Made by a program: the position numbers and the translations under genes
Shown here: positions 1-8,559 of the stretch, in pieces
Numbering within the stretch: the stretch's first letter is position 1
Layout: each line of letters opens with the position of its first letter
Assembly: GCA_044225365.1 (NCBI GenBank)
Contig: JBGAIQ010000005.1
Location: forward strand, 32,001 to 96,000
Direction of reading: 5' to 3'
Length of the DNA stretch: 64,000 nucleotides
Source: Planctomycetota bacterium
GTDB taxonomy: Bacteria; Planctomycetota; B15-G4; JADJEK01
Notes under the pieces: model-generated
What the model saw: only the letters and a program-made list of their open reading frames with translations
Told to the model about the DNA's origin: nothing
The model's database searches: none

Positions 1-1
1 G

Positions 2-1513
2 GGAAGTCGTTCGAGCAGCGTCATCGGCTGGATCCTGGGACCGGTATTCAGCCTCTTCCACGCCTACGACGATTCCGTCGAGCAGGTAAGCGGCTTCACG
101 CTGCTCTCGCTCTTCAACAAGCGAGTCTCCCGCCATTTCGACATGGGCAGCGACAACGACTCGGATGAGAAGGTCGATCTCGCGCTCGTCTCGAGTCGCA
201 CGGAGATGCACGAGAACGGCGAGTATCACCACAGCCAGCTCTTCCCGATCTACAGCAACACCTCACAGCCGGGCGGCGCGACCGAGACCTGGGTCATCAC
301 TCCGCTCTACCGACACGCCGCCGATCCGCAGTTGAACAAGAGCGAGCACGACGTGCTCTTCGGGCTCTGGCACTACGGCGTCGAGGGCGACGGCGCTACC
401 CGCGCCACGAGCTGGCGCCTCCTGCCGCTCCTCTGGTTCACGACCCGCCCCGACTCCGAGACGTCGCTCGTCCTGCCGTTCTACTACCACATCCAGGACA
501 AGGACTCCGACTACCTCCACGTCATCCCGTTCTACGGGAAGAACACGGAGGCCGGCGGCAAGAAGACGACGACGTTCGTCCTCACCCCGCTCTACATCGG
601 CACCCACGACGAACGCACCCGCCTCGAACAAACCGACGTCCTCTTCCCGCTCATCTCCTGGCAGCACTCGAACAACGGGTCACTGAGCCGATTCACGCCG
701 CTGTGGTACTACGAAGAAGCCGGCGCCCGCACGCACTGGAACTCCTTGCTCCTCGTCGACCGCACGACGTCGGAGATCGAGAGCTCGACGCTCGTCTACC
801 CGCTGTGGGAGGATCGCACGGTCCGCGGCGAAGGACGCCGCCGCTCCCTGTTTCCGATCTTCGACTTCGTCCGTCACCTGCAGGACGACGCACCGAAGGG
901 CGACGAGTTCGCGACGCTCTTCCCACTCGCGAGCTTCCGCACCGACGGCGAATCGAGCAACCGCTGGATCTTCCCGTTCTACTTCTGGAGCGACGACGCC
1001 GCGGGCCACAGCAACAAGATGATCTGGCCGTTCTTCGGCACGAAGCGCGACTCCGACCACGTGACGCGATCGGTGATCTGGCCCTTCTTCTTCTGGGGCA
1101 GCGATTCGACCGGTGATTGGTCCGAGACCGGAATCCTCTATCCACTGTTCGCCTCGTCGCACGATCGTCGCGACGCGACGACCCGCGATCACAGCCACCT
1201 CTTCCCCCTCTACTGGTCGACCTCGGGCGAGAACGAGACCGGACCGTGGAGCTTCGACTGGGTCCTGTGGCCGCTGTGGCAACACGAGCGCAAGGCGAAC
1301 GGGGAGATCTGCGCGCACTCGCTGTTCAAACTCGGCGAATACGAACTCTCACCCGACGGCACGACGGAGGAGTTCTCGATCCTCCACGCGGTCTACCGCT
1401 ACCACCGCGAAGGCGACGACGTGCTGCGGAGCGTGCCGTTCTTGTTCCGTTACGAACGGGAGAAGGGCGAGAGCACGCTGTACCTGTTCCACTTCATTCC
1501 GATCGGGCTTTGA
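2..1513 (+). CDS. Uncharacterised repeat protein with ~20 [FWY]P[LF][FYW]-type aromatic motifs (5' end outside window)
   Basis: Frame is open from nt 2 (GSRSSSVIGWILGPVF...) into the listed ORF 143-1513; recurring LFPIY, LLPLLW, VLPFYY, IFPFYF, IWPFFG, LFPLYW, LWPLWQ. Confidence 0.75.
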   Translation, partial: GSRSSSVIGWILGPVFSLFHAYDDSVEQVSGFTLLSLFNKRVSRHFDMGSDNDSDEKVDLALVSSRTEMHENGEYHHSQLFPIYSNTSQPGGATETWVITPLYRHAADPQLNKSEHDVLFGLWHYGVEGDGATRATSWRLLPLLWFTTRPDSETSLVLPFYYHIQDKDSDYLHVIPFYGKNTEAGGKKTTTFVLTPLYIGTHDERTRLEQTDVLFPLISWQHSNNGSLSRFTPLWYYEEAGARTHWNSLLLVDRTTSEIESSTLVYPLWEDRTVRGEGRRRSLFPIFDFVRHLQDDAPKGDEFATLFPLASFRTDGESSNRWIFPFYFWSDDAAGHSNKMIWPFFGTKRDSDHVTRSVIWPFFFWGSDSTGDWSETGILYPLFASSHDRRDATTRDHSHLFPLYWSTSGENETGPWSFDWVLWPLWQHERKANGEICAHSLFKLGEYELSPDGTTEEFSILHAVYRYHREGDDVLRSVPFLFRYEREKGESTLYLFHFIPIGL

Positions 1514-1525
1514 GCGAGGCGAACG

Positions 1526-1797
1526 CGGGAGAAGAGCGTACGTCGGTCTCGGGCGCGGTCTCGTACATCGGGCTCGTACATCGGTCTCGGGCGCGGTCTC
1601 GGTCTCGGGCTCGGTCTCGGTCTCGGTCTCGTACGTCGTACATCGGTCTCGGTCTCGGTCTCGTACGTCGGTCTCGGTCTCGTACGTCGTACATCGGTCT
1701 CGGTCTCGCACGTCGTGCTCGTACATCGGTCTCGGTCTCGTACGTCGGGCTCGGGCGCGGACGTCGAACGTGGTTCGACGTACATCGGACTTGGGCG
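1526..1797 (+). repeat. Intergenic array of TCGGTC/TCGGGC hexamers punctuated by TCGTAC(G/A) units
   Basis: Read directly, e.g. tcggtctcggtctcggtctcgtacgtcgtacatcggtctc; fills the gap between convergent stops at 1513 and 1800. Confidence 0.9.
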
Positions 1798-1799
1798 CG

Positions 1800-2186
1800 T
1801 CACTGGCCCGCTGGGGGTTGCCACAATTCGAGCTTGTTGCCGTCGGGATCGGTGACCCAGCCGAATTTGCCATACTCGGATTCTTCGACCTTGTCCGCGA
1901 CGTCGCAACCTTCGGCGCGGAGTGCGGCCAAGACGGCGTGGAGATCCTCGACGCGGTAGTTGATCATGAAGCTCGCTTCACTCGGCGCGAAGTACTTCGT
2001 GTCGTGCGGGAACGGGCTCCACACCGTCGTCCCCGTTCCCGTCGGGTTCTCCGGCCCGGCCCACTTGAACGCGACGCCACCCCACGCCTCGACGTTCATT
2101 CCGAGGTGAACGCGGTACCACTCCCCGAGCGCCTTCGGATCCTTGGACTTGAAGAACACGCCACCGATCCCAACGACACGCTTCAT
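1800..2186 (-). CDS. VOC/glyoxalase family protein
   Basis: MKRVVGIGGVFFK...WY...LG N-terminus and YGKFGWVTDPDGNKLELWQP C-terminus. Confidence 0.9.
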   Translation of the reverse strand: MKRVVGIGGVFFKSKDPKALGEWYRVHLGMNVEAWGGVAFKWAGPENPTGTGTTVWSPFPHDTKYFAPSEASFMINYRVEDLHAVLAALRAEGCDVADKVEESEYGKFGWVTDPDGNKLELWQPPAGQ

Positions 2187-2268
2187 CTCGAATTCCTACA
2201 CGAAGTGAACCTGCGCTCGAATCCTACACGACCGCCACGTCCTCGACCGTCCCAGGCGAAGCGAAGAG

Positions 2269-2676
2269 TCAGCGATCGCTCGCAGTACGCCTCAGCAACA
2301 AACGCGTGCGGGGTGTCGCCACTTCGTCGAAGTAGAACGCGAGCGCGCCTGGCAAACAGCACACGATGGACGCGAACGAGTGACGCTCGCATTCGTCGAT
2401 CGCGTCTTCGAGCGGAAGGTCGCGACCATCCAGCAAGGGCGAATCGGACATGATGTGAACCTGGGCCGGTGCTCCCGCGCTTCGTAGCACGTCCAACGCT
2501 TCGTTGGACGATCTCGCGGGATGTACGAATCGAACATCCCAATCGACGAAATGGTTGAGAACGGACCTCGCGCGATCACGTCCCCTCGCATTCCCAAACA
2601 GTGCGATCAACCGTTCGCGCTTCTTCTTCTCGACGAAGGCTCGCAGCGTCGCTGCTTCGGCTGGATGAATGGCCAT
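2269..2676 (-). CDS. Hypothetical protein (135 aa)
   Basis: Normal protein composition, purine-rich GAGAGAAG before ATG, co-oriented with the VOC gene. Confidence 0.7.
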   Translation of the reverse strand: MAIHPAEAATLRAFVEKKKRERLIALFGNARGRDRARSVLNHFVDWDVRFVHPARSSNEALDVLRSAGAPAQVHIMSDSPLLDGRDLPLEDAIDECERHSFASIVCCLPGALAFYFDEVATPRTRLLLRRTASDR

Positions 2677-2688
2677 CTTCTCTCACAC

Positions 2689-2787
2689 GTCCGACGTACG
2701 ACTACGAGTCCCACGTACGAGACCGATCTAATAGACCGGGACTCACGTACGAAACCGAGTCCGAGTCCGACGTACGCCCCTCTCCCG
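2689..2787 (-). repeat. Second, inverted and degenerate copy of the TCGGTC/CGTACG array
   Basis: Reverse complement of 2761-2787 (cgggagaggggcgtacgtcggactcgg) matches 1526-1552 (cgggagaagagcgtacgtcggtctcgg) at 24/27; continues with tcggtttcgtacg and tcggtctcgtacg units. Confidence 0.85.
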
Positions 2788-2792
2788 TCCTG

Positions 2793-4220
2793 TCAGACCC
2801 CTCGGATCCACTCCGTCACCAAATCCATCACGCTCTCCTCCATGGTGGTCTCGATGACGGCGTATTCGCTCGGTGCCCCCGTCGTCGACTTTTGGAACAG
2901 GTGATTCAGATCCGGCAGTATCCTCGCAGTGGTGTGCGTGTTGCCGCCCTTCCTCAGAGCGGCTTCGATCGCGGGGATGTTCATGGTCGCGGGGACCTGA
3001 AGATCCTTCGCGCCGTTGAGTGCCAGGACGGGGCATTTCACTTGGACGAGGTATTCTTGCGGATCGATCGCGAAGAAAGCCTTGAACCAAGGTGAGTTGA
3101 TCTCGCGGGCGGTCTGCGCGGCGTCCTCGTAGATCCACTTCTCGCCGGGCGGGCTCTTCTCGAGGCCGCGCTTCAATAGTTCGTCGAGCTTCGCGCCGAG
3201 TTCGGGACCGACGGGAACGGAAATGGCGAGGTCGATCATGGCGGCGCTGAGCTTCGCTTCGATCTCCACCTGGTCCTTCGGCTTGCCGTTCGCGAGGGAG
3301 ATGAGGCGACCCTGTTCGATCGAGATCTCGCGCCCGGACACGCCGGTGCCCGCGAGCAGGACGATGAATCCGACGTCCGCGCTCTTCGTCGCACAGATCG
3401 GCGCGATGAGACCACCCTCGCTGTGACCGATGAGGCCGATGCGCTTCGTGTCGATCTCGGGCCGCGACTTCAGGAACGCGACGCCCCCGAGTGCGTCGTC
3501 CGCGAAATCGAAGCTGGTCGAGGATTCGAATCGCCCCGTCGAGCCGCCGATCCCGCGATCGTCGGCGCGCAGCACGGCGATGCCGTGACGCGCGAGATGA
3601 TCCGCGAGGACGAGGAAAGGTTTGTGCCCGAGCAGGCTCTCGTCGCGGTCCTGTTGACCCGAGCCCGTGATGAGGACGACCGCCGGGAAGGGCGGCTTCA
3701 TGCCTTCGCCGTTCGGAATGAAGAGCGTGCCACCGAGGGAGATCGAGTCGTTCAGACTGTCGTAGTCGACGTCCTCGCTCTGATACGGGAACGGCGGCTT
3801 CGGAGTCTGCGGGCGCGCGAGGTCGGCCAGTCGCTCCGTTCGCTTCAGCTCAAGAGGTACGGCGGCGCCACCCTGCTTGAACTCACCCGCGATCTTCGAT
3901 CCCGCACCGTCGAGCTGACCGGAATACTCGATGCCGAACTTGCGCACGACGAAGCGCACGCTCGCGGCGTCGCACGTCGTCTCGTCGACCGGAATCGCCT
4001 TCAGTCCCTGATCGATGCTGTCCATCGTCGACTGTAACGCACCGTTCGTCCCGCGCGTGACGAGGAAGCCGATGCGAAGCGTCATCGACTGTACCGTGAT
4101 GCGCCCTTCCCAGGCTCCGACGATCTCCGCGCGTCGAAGGGCAAGGCCCGATGCATCCCGTAGCAGCACCGATGCGAACAGAGCGACCAGAAGAGCGACG
4201 TGGGAGCGAACGGTATGCAT
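2793..4220 (-). CDS. Secreted alpha/beta-fold hydrolase (esterase/aminopeptidase-like)
   Basis: ITGSGQQDRDE, DDRGIGGS, nucleophile elbow GHSEGG, NGAKDLQV, LNHLFQ; ATG 4220 precedes a signal-like segment (ORF extends to 4265). Confidence 0.88.
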   Translation of the reverse strand: MHTVRSHVALLVALFASVLLRDASGLALRRAEIVGAWEGRITVQSMTLRIGFLVTRGTNGALQSTMDSIDQGLKAIPVDETTCDAASVRFVVRKFGIEYSGQLDGAGSKIAGEFKQGGAAVPLELKRTERLADLARPQTPKPPFPYQSEDVDYDSLNDSISLGGTLFIPNGEGMKPPFPAVVLITGSGQQDRDESLLGHKPFLVLADHLARHGIAVLRADDRGIGGSTGRFESSTSFDFADDALGGVAFLKSRPEIDTKRIGLIGHSEGGLIAPICATKSADVGFIVLLAGTGVSGREISIEQGRLISLANGKPKDQVEIEAKLSAAMIDLAISVPVGPELGAKLDELLKRGLEKSPPGEKWIYEDAAQTAREINSPWFKAFFAIDPQEYLVQVKCPVLALNGAKDLQVPATMNIPAIEAALRKGGNTHTTARILPDLNHLFQKSTTGAPSEYAVIETTMEESVMDLVTEWIRGV

Positions 4221-4374
4221 GGAGAGTTCCGCTTCGATTCGTCTTTCGTTCCCCGGGGTCGTCACCGCGCCGACTGCGCAGCCTCCCGAGTGCTGGGGGG
4301 AACGCCAGCATCCTTCTCGGAGTTCCCGGATTCAACCCCTCGCAACCGCACCCTCCATCCGTTGAAATGACCCC

Positions 4375-7300
4375 ATGGCGCCAGCGATCCATACTGCGCA
4401 TCCATTCTTCGACAGCCTGATGCGTCGGCCGGTTTCGGCCTTCATGTCGCTCTGCCTCATCTTCCTGCTCGGCTTCGTCGCCTATCGGCGCATTCCGCTC
4501 ACGCTGATGCCGTCGGGACTCTCCGACCCGACGATGCAGATCGAGATTCCGTACTCGAACGCCTCGCCCGAGGAGGTCTACGAGCACGTGACGAAACCGA
4601 TCGAGGACGCGGTCCGCCAGCTCTCGGGAATCGAACACGTCGAGTCGACCTCCAGCGCCGGTCGCGGACGTGTGAGCGTCTCGTTCCACGGCGACGTCGA
4701 CCTCGACGCCGCGTACGCCGACTTGAAGGATCGCCTCGAACGCGTCCGCGCCACGCTGCCCGAGGGCTCCGACAAGCCCGTGATCTTTCGCTGGAACAGC
4801 GACGTTGCACTCCCGATCTTCTGGATCGGCGTCCAATTCGAACCCTCGCTCGAGGATCCATACCACCTCGTCGAGGAGGTTCTGCAGAAGCGAATCGAAT
4901 CCGTCGATGGCGTCGCGCAGGTCGGTCTCGAGGGTATGGTGCAGGACACCGTGCGGGTCTTCGTCGCGCCCGACAAGCTGCGAGCGCACGGCATCACGCT
5001 CTACGAAGTCGTCGACAAACTGCGCCGCGACAACTTCGTGTTGCCTTCGGGACACATCGACGACGCCGGCCGCCAGTTCCTCCTGCGGGTCGACACCACG
5101 TACTCCGATCTCGAGGAGGTCCGCAACTACCCGCTCAAGCCCGGTCTCTACGTGAAGGACGTCGCCGACGTCCGCTTCGCCCGGGCGTACCGCGACACGG
5201 TGAGCCGCGTCAATGGCAAGCGCGCGCTCACGATGACGATCAGCAAGGAGTCCGACAAGAACACCGTCGCCGTGTGTGCGGCGGTACGCAGCATGCTCGA
5301 CGAGCTGCGGCACGACGATCGACTCAAAGGCTTCGAGTACTCGATCTACTTCGACCAATCGAAGCTGATCGTCGGAGCGCTCGACGACCTCAAGTCGTCG
5401 CTCCTGTTCGGAGCCTTCTTCTCCGTGCTCGTGCTCTTCGTCTTCGTGCGTCGCGTCGGCATCACCGCGCTCGTCTCGCTCGCGATCCCGATCTCGCTGC
5501 TCTCCGCGGTCATCGGGCTCTACTTCACGGGCTTCACGCTCAACATCGTGTCGCTCGCCGGCATCACGCTCGCCACCGGCATGCTGGTCGACGATTCGAT
5601 CGTGGTCACGGAGAACGTGTTGCGCCTGCGCGCCGAGGGCCGCAACCCGCTCCATGCCGCGGCGGTCGGCACGGGCCAGGTCGCGATCGCGATCATCCTG
5701 TCGACCCTGACGTCGATCGTCGTCTTCGCGCCCCTCGTCTTCATGTCGGGCGGCAAGTCGACTCGCGCGCTGCTCGCCGAACTCGGCGCCCCCATCACCT
5801 ACTCGCTTCTCGCTTCGCTCTTCGTCGCGCTCTTCCTCCTGCCCATCACGATCGTGATGTTCTCGCGCTTCGAGAAGAAGACCGAGAACGTGTTCGACCT
5901 GCCGACCGACACCCGATTCCATCGGGCGTACCGGCGCGTCCTGGCGCTCGCCGTCAAGAACCGCTTCGTCACCGCCGCCGCGATCCTCGCCATGCTCCAG
6001 CTCGGGGCCGTGGCGTTCAAGCACGTCGACATGAACTTCGAGGATCGCAAGGAGGGCGGCGGGCGCCTGCGCATCACGATCGATCTCCCGGATCGCTACA
6101 CGATCGAAGAAGCCTCCGACACCTTCGCCGAGTACGAGAAGTTCCTCGTCGCGCGCCGCAAGGAGGACAAGGTCCGCGACGTGAGCTCGCGATTCACGCG
6201 CCAGGAAGGGCGACTGCTGCTCTGGTTCGAGGACGGCGCTCCGAAGGGCTGGGAGAAGACTCTGTCGAAGACGCTGGCCGAGGTCATGCCGAAGGTCCCC
6301 GGAGTTCGACTCTCCTACGGCTTCGAACAGGGCGGCGAGCAGGGCAGCATGAGGATCGAGCTGCAAGGTCGCGACAGCGTCACGCTCGGCCGTCTGTCGC
6401 GAGACGTCATCCGCGAACTCGAAAAGCTCCCTGAACTCTCGGACGTGAAGACCGACACCGCCGATGGCCTCGACGAACTCCACGTGGCGTTCGACCGCGA
6501 GGAGACGCTGCGCTACGGGGTCACCCAGGAAGTGCTGCTCGGCCTCATCTCGTGGGGTATCGGCAGCCAGCAGCTCTCGCCGTTCAAGACGGCGACCCGT
6601 GAGATCCCGATGCTCGTCGAGTACGAAGATCCCGACGTCGGAGATCTCTCGTACCTGAAATCGCTCGAGGTGCCCGTCGGCGCGGGTGGCAACGTCACGC
6701 TGGGATCCCTCGGTCATTTCGAGATCGAGAAGAACTACGGCTCGATCCGCCGCCGCGACGGGATCGTGAATCTGCCGATCAGCGCCCAGAGCTACGACTC
6801 GAACGGGTATCGCGTGAATCGACGAGTCGCCGAAGTGCTCGACGCGTTCCCGTTTCCCGAGGGCTACACCTGGACGAATCGAGGAAAGCAGCAGGATTTC
6901 GAAGAGAGCAAGTCGGAGATCTCGCTCGCGTTCCTCGTGGGCGTCGTGTTCGTGTTCCTGCTCATGGGAATGCTGTTCGAGTCGTTCATCCTGCCCTTCG
7001 CCGTGATGCTGACGATTCCGCTCGCCGTCGTCGGCGGCGCCTTCGCGCTCGTACTCACCAAGACTCCGCTCGACGTCACGGGCATGCTCGCATTCGTGCT
7101 GCTCGCCGGAATCGTCGCGAAGAACGGGATCGTGCTCGTCGATCGAATCCAGCAGCTTCGGCACGCAGGAATCGCGCGATTCGATGCCGTGCTCGACGGC
7201 TGCTGCGAGCGACTGCGCCCTGTCATCATGACCGCGCTCACGACGATCTTCGGCCTGCTTCCGATGGCGATGCCCGAGCTGTTCGCAGCGACATCGGGTG

Positions 7301-7503
7301 CGGGAGGGATCGACTACCGCGGGCTCGCGATCGTCACGCTGGGCGGGATGATCCTCTCCACCGCGCTCACCCTGCTCGTGGTTCCGATGTTCTACACCGT
7401 GTTCGACGACTTCTGGATCCTGATCGTCTCGATGTTCAAGAAGCCGACCGCAACCGAGGATGCCGCTCTCGTCGAGCGCGAGACGACGGAAGGCACACCA
7501 TGA
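4375..7503 (+). CDS. RND efflux transporter permease (AcrB/AcrD/AcrF family)
   Basis: 1042 aa; GMLVDDSIVVTEN (TM4 Asp pair), GIVAKNGIVLVD, RLRPVIMTALTT, LTLLVVP. Confidence 0.93.
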   Translation: MAPAIHTAHPFFDSLMRRPVSAFMSLCLIFLLGFVAYRRIPLTLMPSGLSDPTMQIEIPYSNASPEEVYEHVTKPIEDAVRQLSGIEHVESTSSAGRGRVSVSFHGDVDLDAAYADLKDRLERVRATLPEGSDKPVIFRWNSDVALPIFWIGVQFEPSLEDPYHLVEEVLQKRIESVDGVAQVGLEGMVQDTVRVFVAPDKLRAHGITLYEVVDKLRRDNFVLPSGHIDDAGRQFLLRVDTTYSDLEEVRNYPLKPGLYVKDVADVRFARAYRDTVSRVNGKRALTMTISKESDKNTVAVCAAVRSMLDELRHDDRLKGFEYSIYFDQSKLIVGALDDLKSSLLFGAFFSVLVLFVFVRRVGITALVSLAIPISLLSAVIGLYFTGFTLNIVSLAGITLATGMLVDDSIVVTENVLRLRAEGRNPLHAAAVGTGQVAIAIILSTLTSIVVFAPLVFMSGGKSTRALLAELGAPITYSLLASLFVALFLLPITIVMFSRFEKKTENVFDLPTDTRFHRAYRRVLALAVKNRFVTAAAILAMLQLGAVAFKHVDMNFEDRKEGGGRLRITIDLPDRYTIEEASDTFAEYEKFLVARRKEDKVRDVSSRFTRQEGRLLLWFEDGAPKGWEKTLSKTLAEVMPKVPGVRLSYGFEQGGEQGSMRIELQGRDSVTLGRLSRDVIRELEKLPELSDVKTDTADGLDELHVAFDREETLRYGVTQEVLLGLISWGIGSQQLSPFKTATREIPMLVEYEDPDVGDLSYLKSLEVPVGAGGNVTLGSLGHFEIEKNYGSIRRRDGIVNLPISAQSYDSNGYRVNRRVAEVLDAFPFPEGYTWTNRGKQQDFEESKSEISLAFLVGVVFVFLLMGMLFESFILPFAVMLTIPLAVVGGAFALVLTKTPLDVTGMLAFVLLAGIVAKNGIVLVDRIQQLRHAGIARFDAVLDGCCERLRPVIMTALTTIFGLLPMAMPELFAATSGAGGIDYRGLAIVTLGGMILSTALTLLVVPMFYTVFDDFWILIVSMFKKPTATEDAALVERETTEGTP

Positions 7504-8552
7504 CTCGACGATTCACGAGAGCCCCTTGGATCGTCGCGCTCCTCGCGTCCGCGTTCGCCTGCTCGCGCGACGACGGACGCACGCCCCTCGTCGTCTACTC
7601 GCCGCACGGCGAGGACATCCTGCGCGAGTTCGAGAAGATGTTCGAGGCTGCGCATCCCGACGTCGACGTCCGCGCGCTGAACCAGCCCGCGCAGTCGTGC
7701 TTCACCCGGATCCGCGGCGAGCGCGAGAATCCGAGTTGCGACGTCTGGTGGGGTGCGCCCGCGACGACCTTCGCACGCGCGGCCGACGAGGACCTCCTCG
7801 AGAGCTACGAACCGTCGTTCGCCGCCGCGATCCCGGAGGATTCGCGCGATTCGAAGTGGCGCTACAGCGGTCAATTCGTGATCCCGCAGGTGATCCTGTA
7901 CAACAAGGACCGCCTGAAGCCGGAGCAGGTCCCAACGCACTGGGACGACCTCGCGGCCCCTGGATGGCACGGCCGGATCATCCTACGCGCACCGATGGAC
8001 TCGGGCGGGATGCGGACGTCCTTCTCCTGGTTCATCACCTGGAAGTCCGGTCCCGCGACGGCTTCGTTCGAGCCCGGCTTCGACTTCCTGTCGAAGATCA
8101 GCCGGAACACGAAGAAGCTGACCGCCAATCCGCAGGAACTCTTCGAAGCGGTGACCAAGGACCCCGACGACGTCGTGTCGATCTGGAACATCACCGACGC
8201 GATCTTCCAGCGCGACCACTATCACTATCCGTTCGGCTTCTCGATCCCGAGCGAGGGCGTCCCGCTCGTGATCGACGCGATCGCTCTCGTGAAGAACCCC
8301 GGCCGCGATGCGAAACGCGAGGCCGCGGCGCGAGCCTTCTACGAGTTCGTGAACACTCTCGAGAGCAGCGAGTACCTCGCGAAGAATCACGGGCGACTGC
8401 CGGTGCGCAAGGACTTCGACGAACAGAAGCGCCCGATCGATCTACGGGGTCTGACGTTCAAGGCGCTCCCGATCGATCGCCAGGTCGCTGCTTCGCACGA
8501 AGACGAATGGATGCGCCGTTGGGACGAGCAGATCAAGTCGCTCGCGAAGTGA
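7500..8552 (+). CDS. ABC transporter substrate-binding lipoprotein (Fe3+/AfuA-like family)
   Basis: Lipobox-like LASAFAC; VVYSPHG, DVWWG, ILYNKD, PTHWDDL, PSEG motifs; ATGA overlap with RND stop. Confidence 0.8.
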   Translation: MTRRFTRAPWIVALLASAFACSRDDGRTPLVVYSPHGEDILREFEKMFEAAHPDVDVRALNQPAQSCFTRIRGERENPSCDVWWGAPATTFARAADEDLLESYEPSFAAAIPEDSRDSKWRYSGQFVIPQVILYNKDRLKPEQVPTHWDDLAAPGWHGRIILRAPMDSGGMRTSFSWFITWKSGPATASFEPGFDFLSKISRNTKKLTANPQELFEAVTKDPDDVVSIWNITDAIFQRDHYHYPFGFSIPSEGVPLVIDAIALVKNPGRDAKREAAARAFYEFVNTLESSEYLAKNHGRLPVRKDFDEQKRPIDLRGLTFKALPIDRQVAASHEDEWMRRWDEQIKSLAK

Positions 8553-8559
8553 TCGATCG

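Noticed and set aside
1526-1797. CRISPR array
   Set aside because: Units are 6-7 bp with no unique spacers, and there are no cas genes.
1113-2453. ORFs with RSRS/ETET/RDRD repeats crossing the array
   Set aside because: They are translations of the DNA hexamer repeat and overlap better-supported genes.
3883-7164. Long antisense ORFs (also 8533-11172, 12195-14747, 17886-19700, 20832-23273, 25297-27222, 53340-55967)
   Set aside because: Shadow frames of GC-rich genes, with no motifs of their own.
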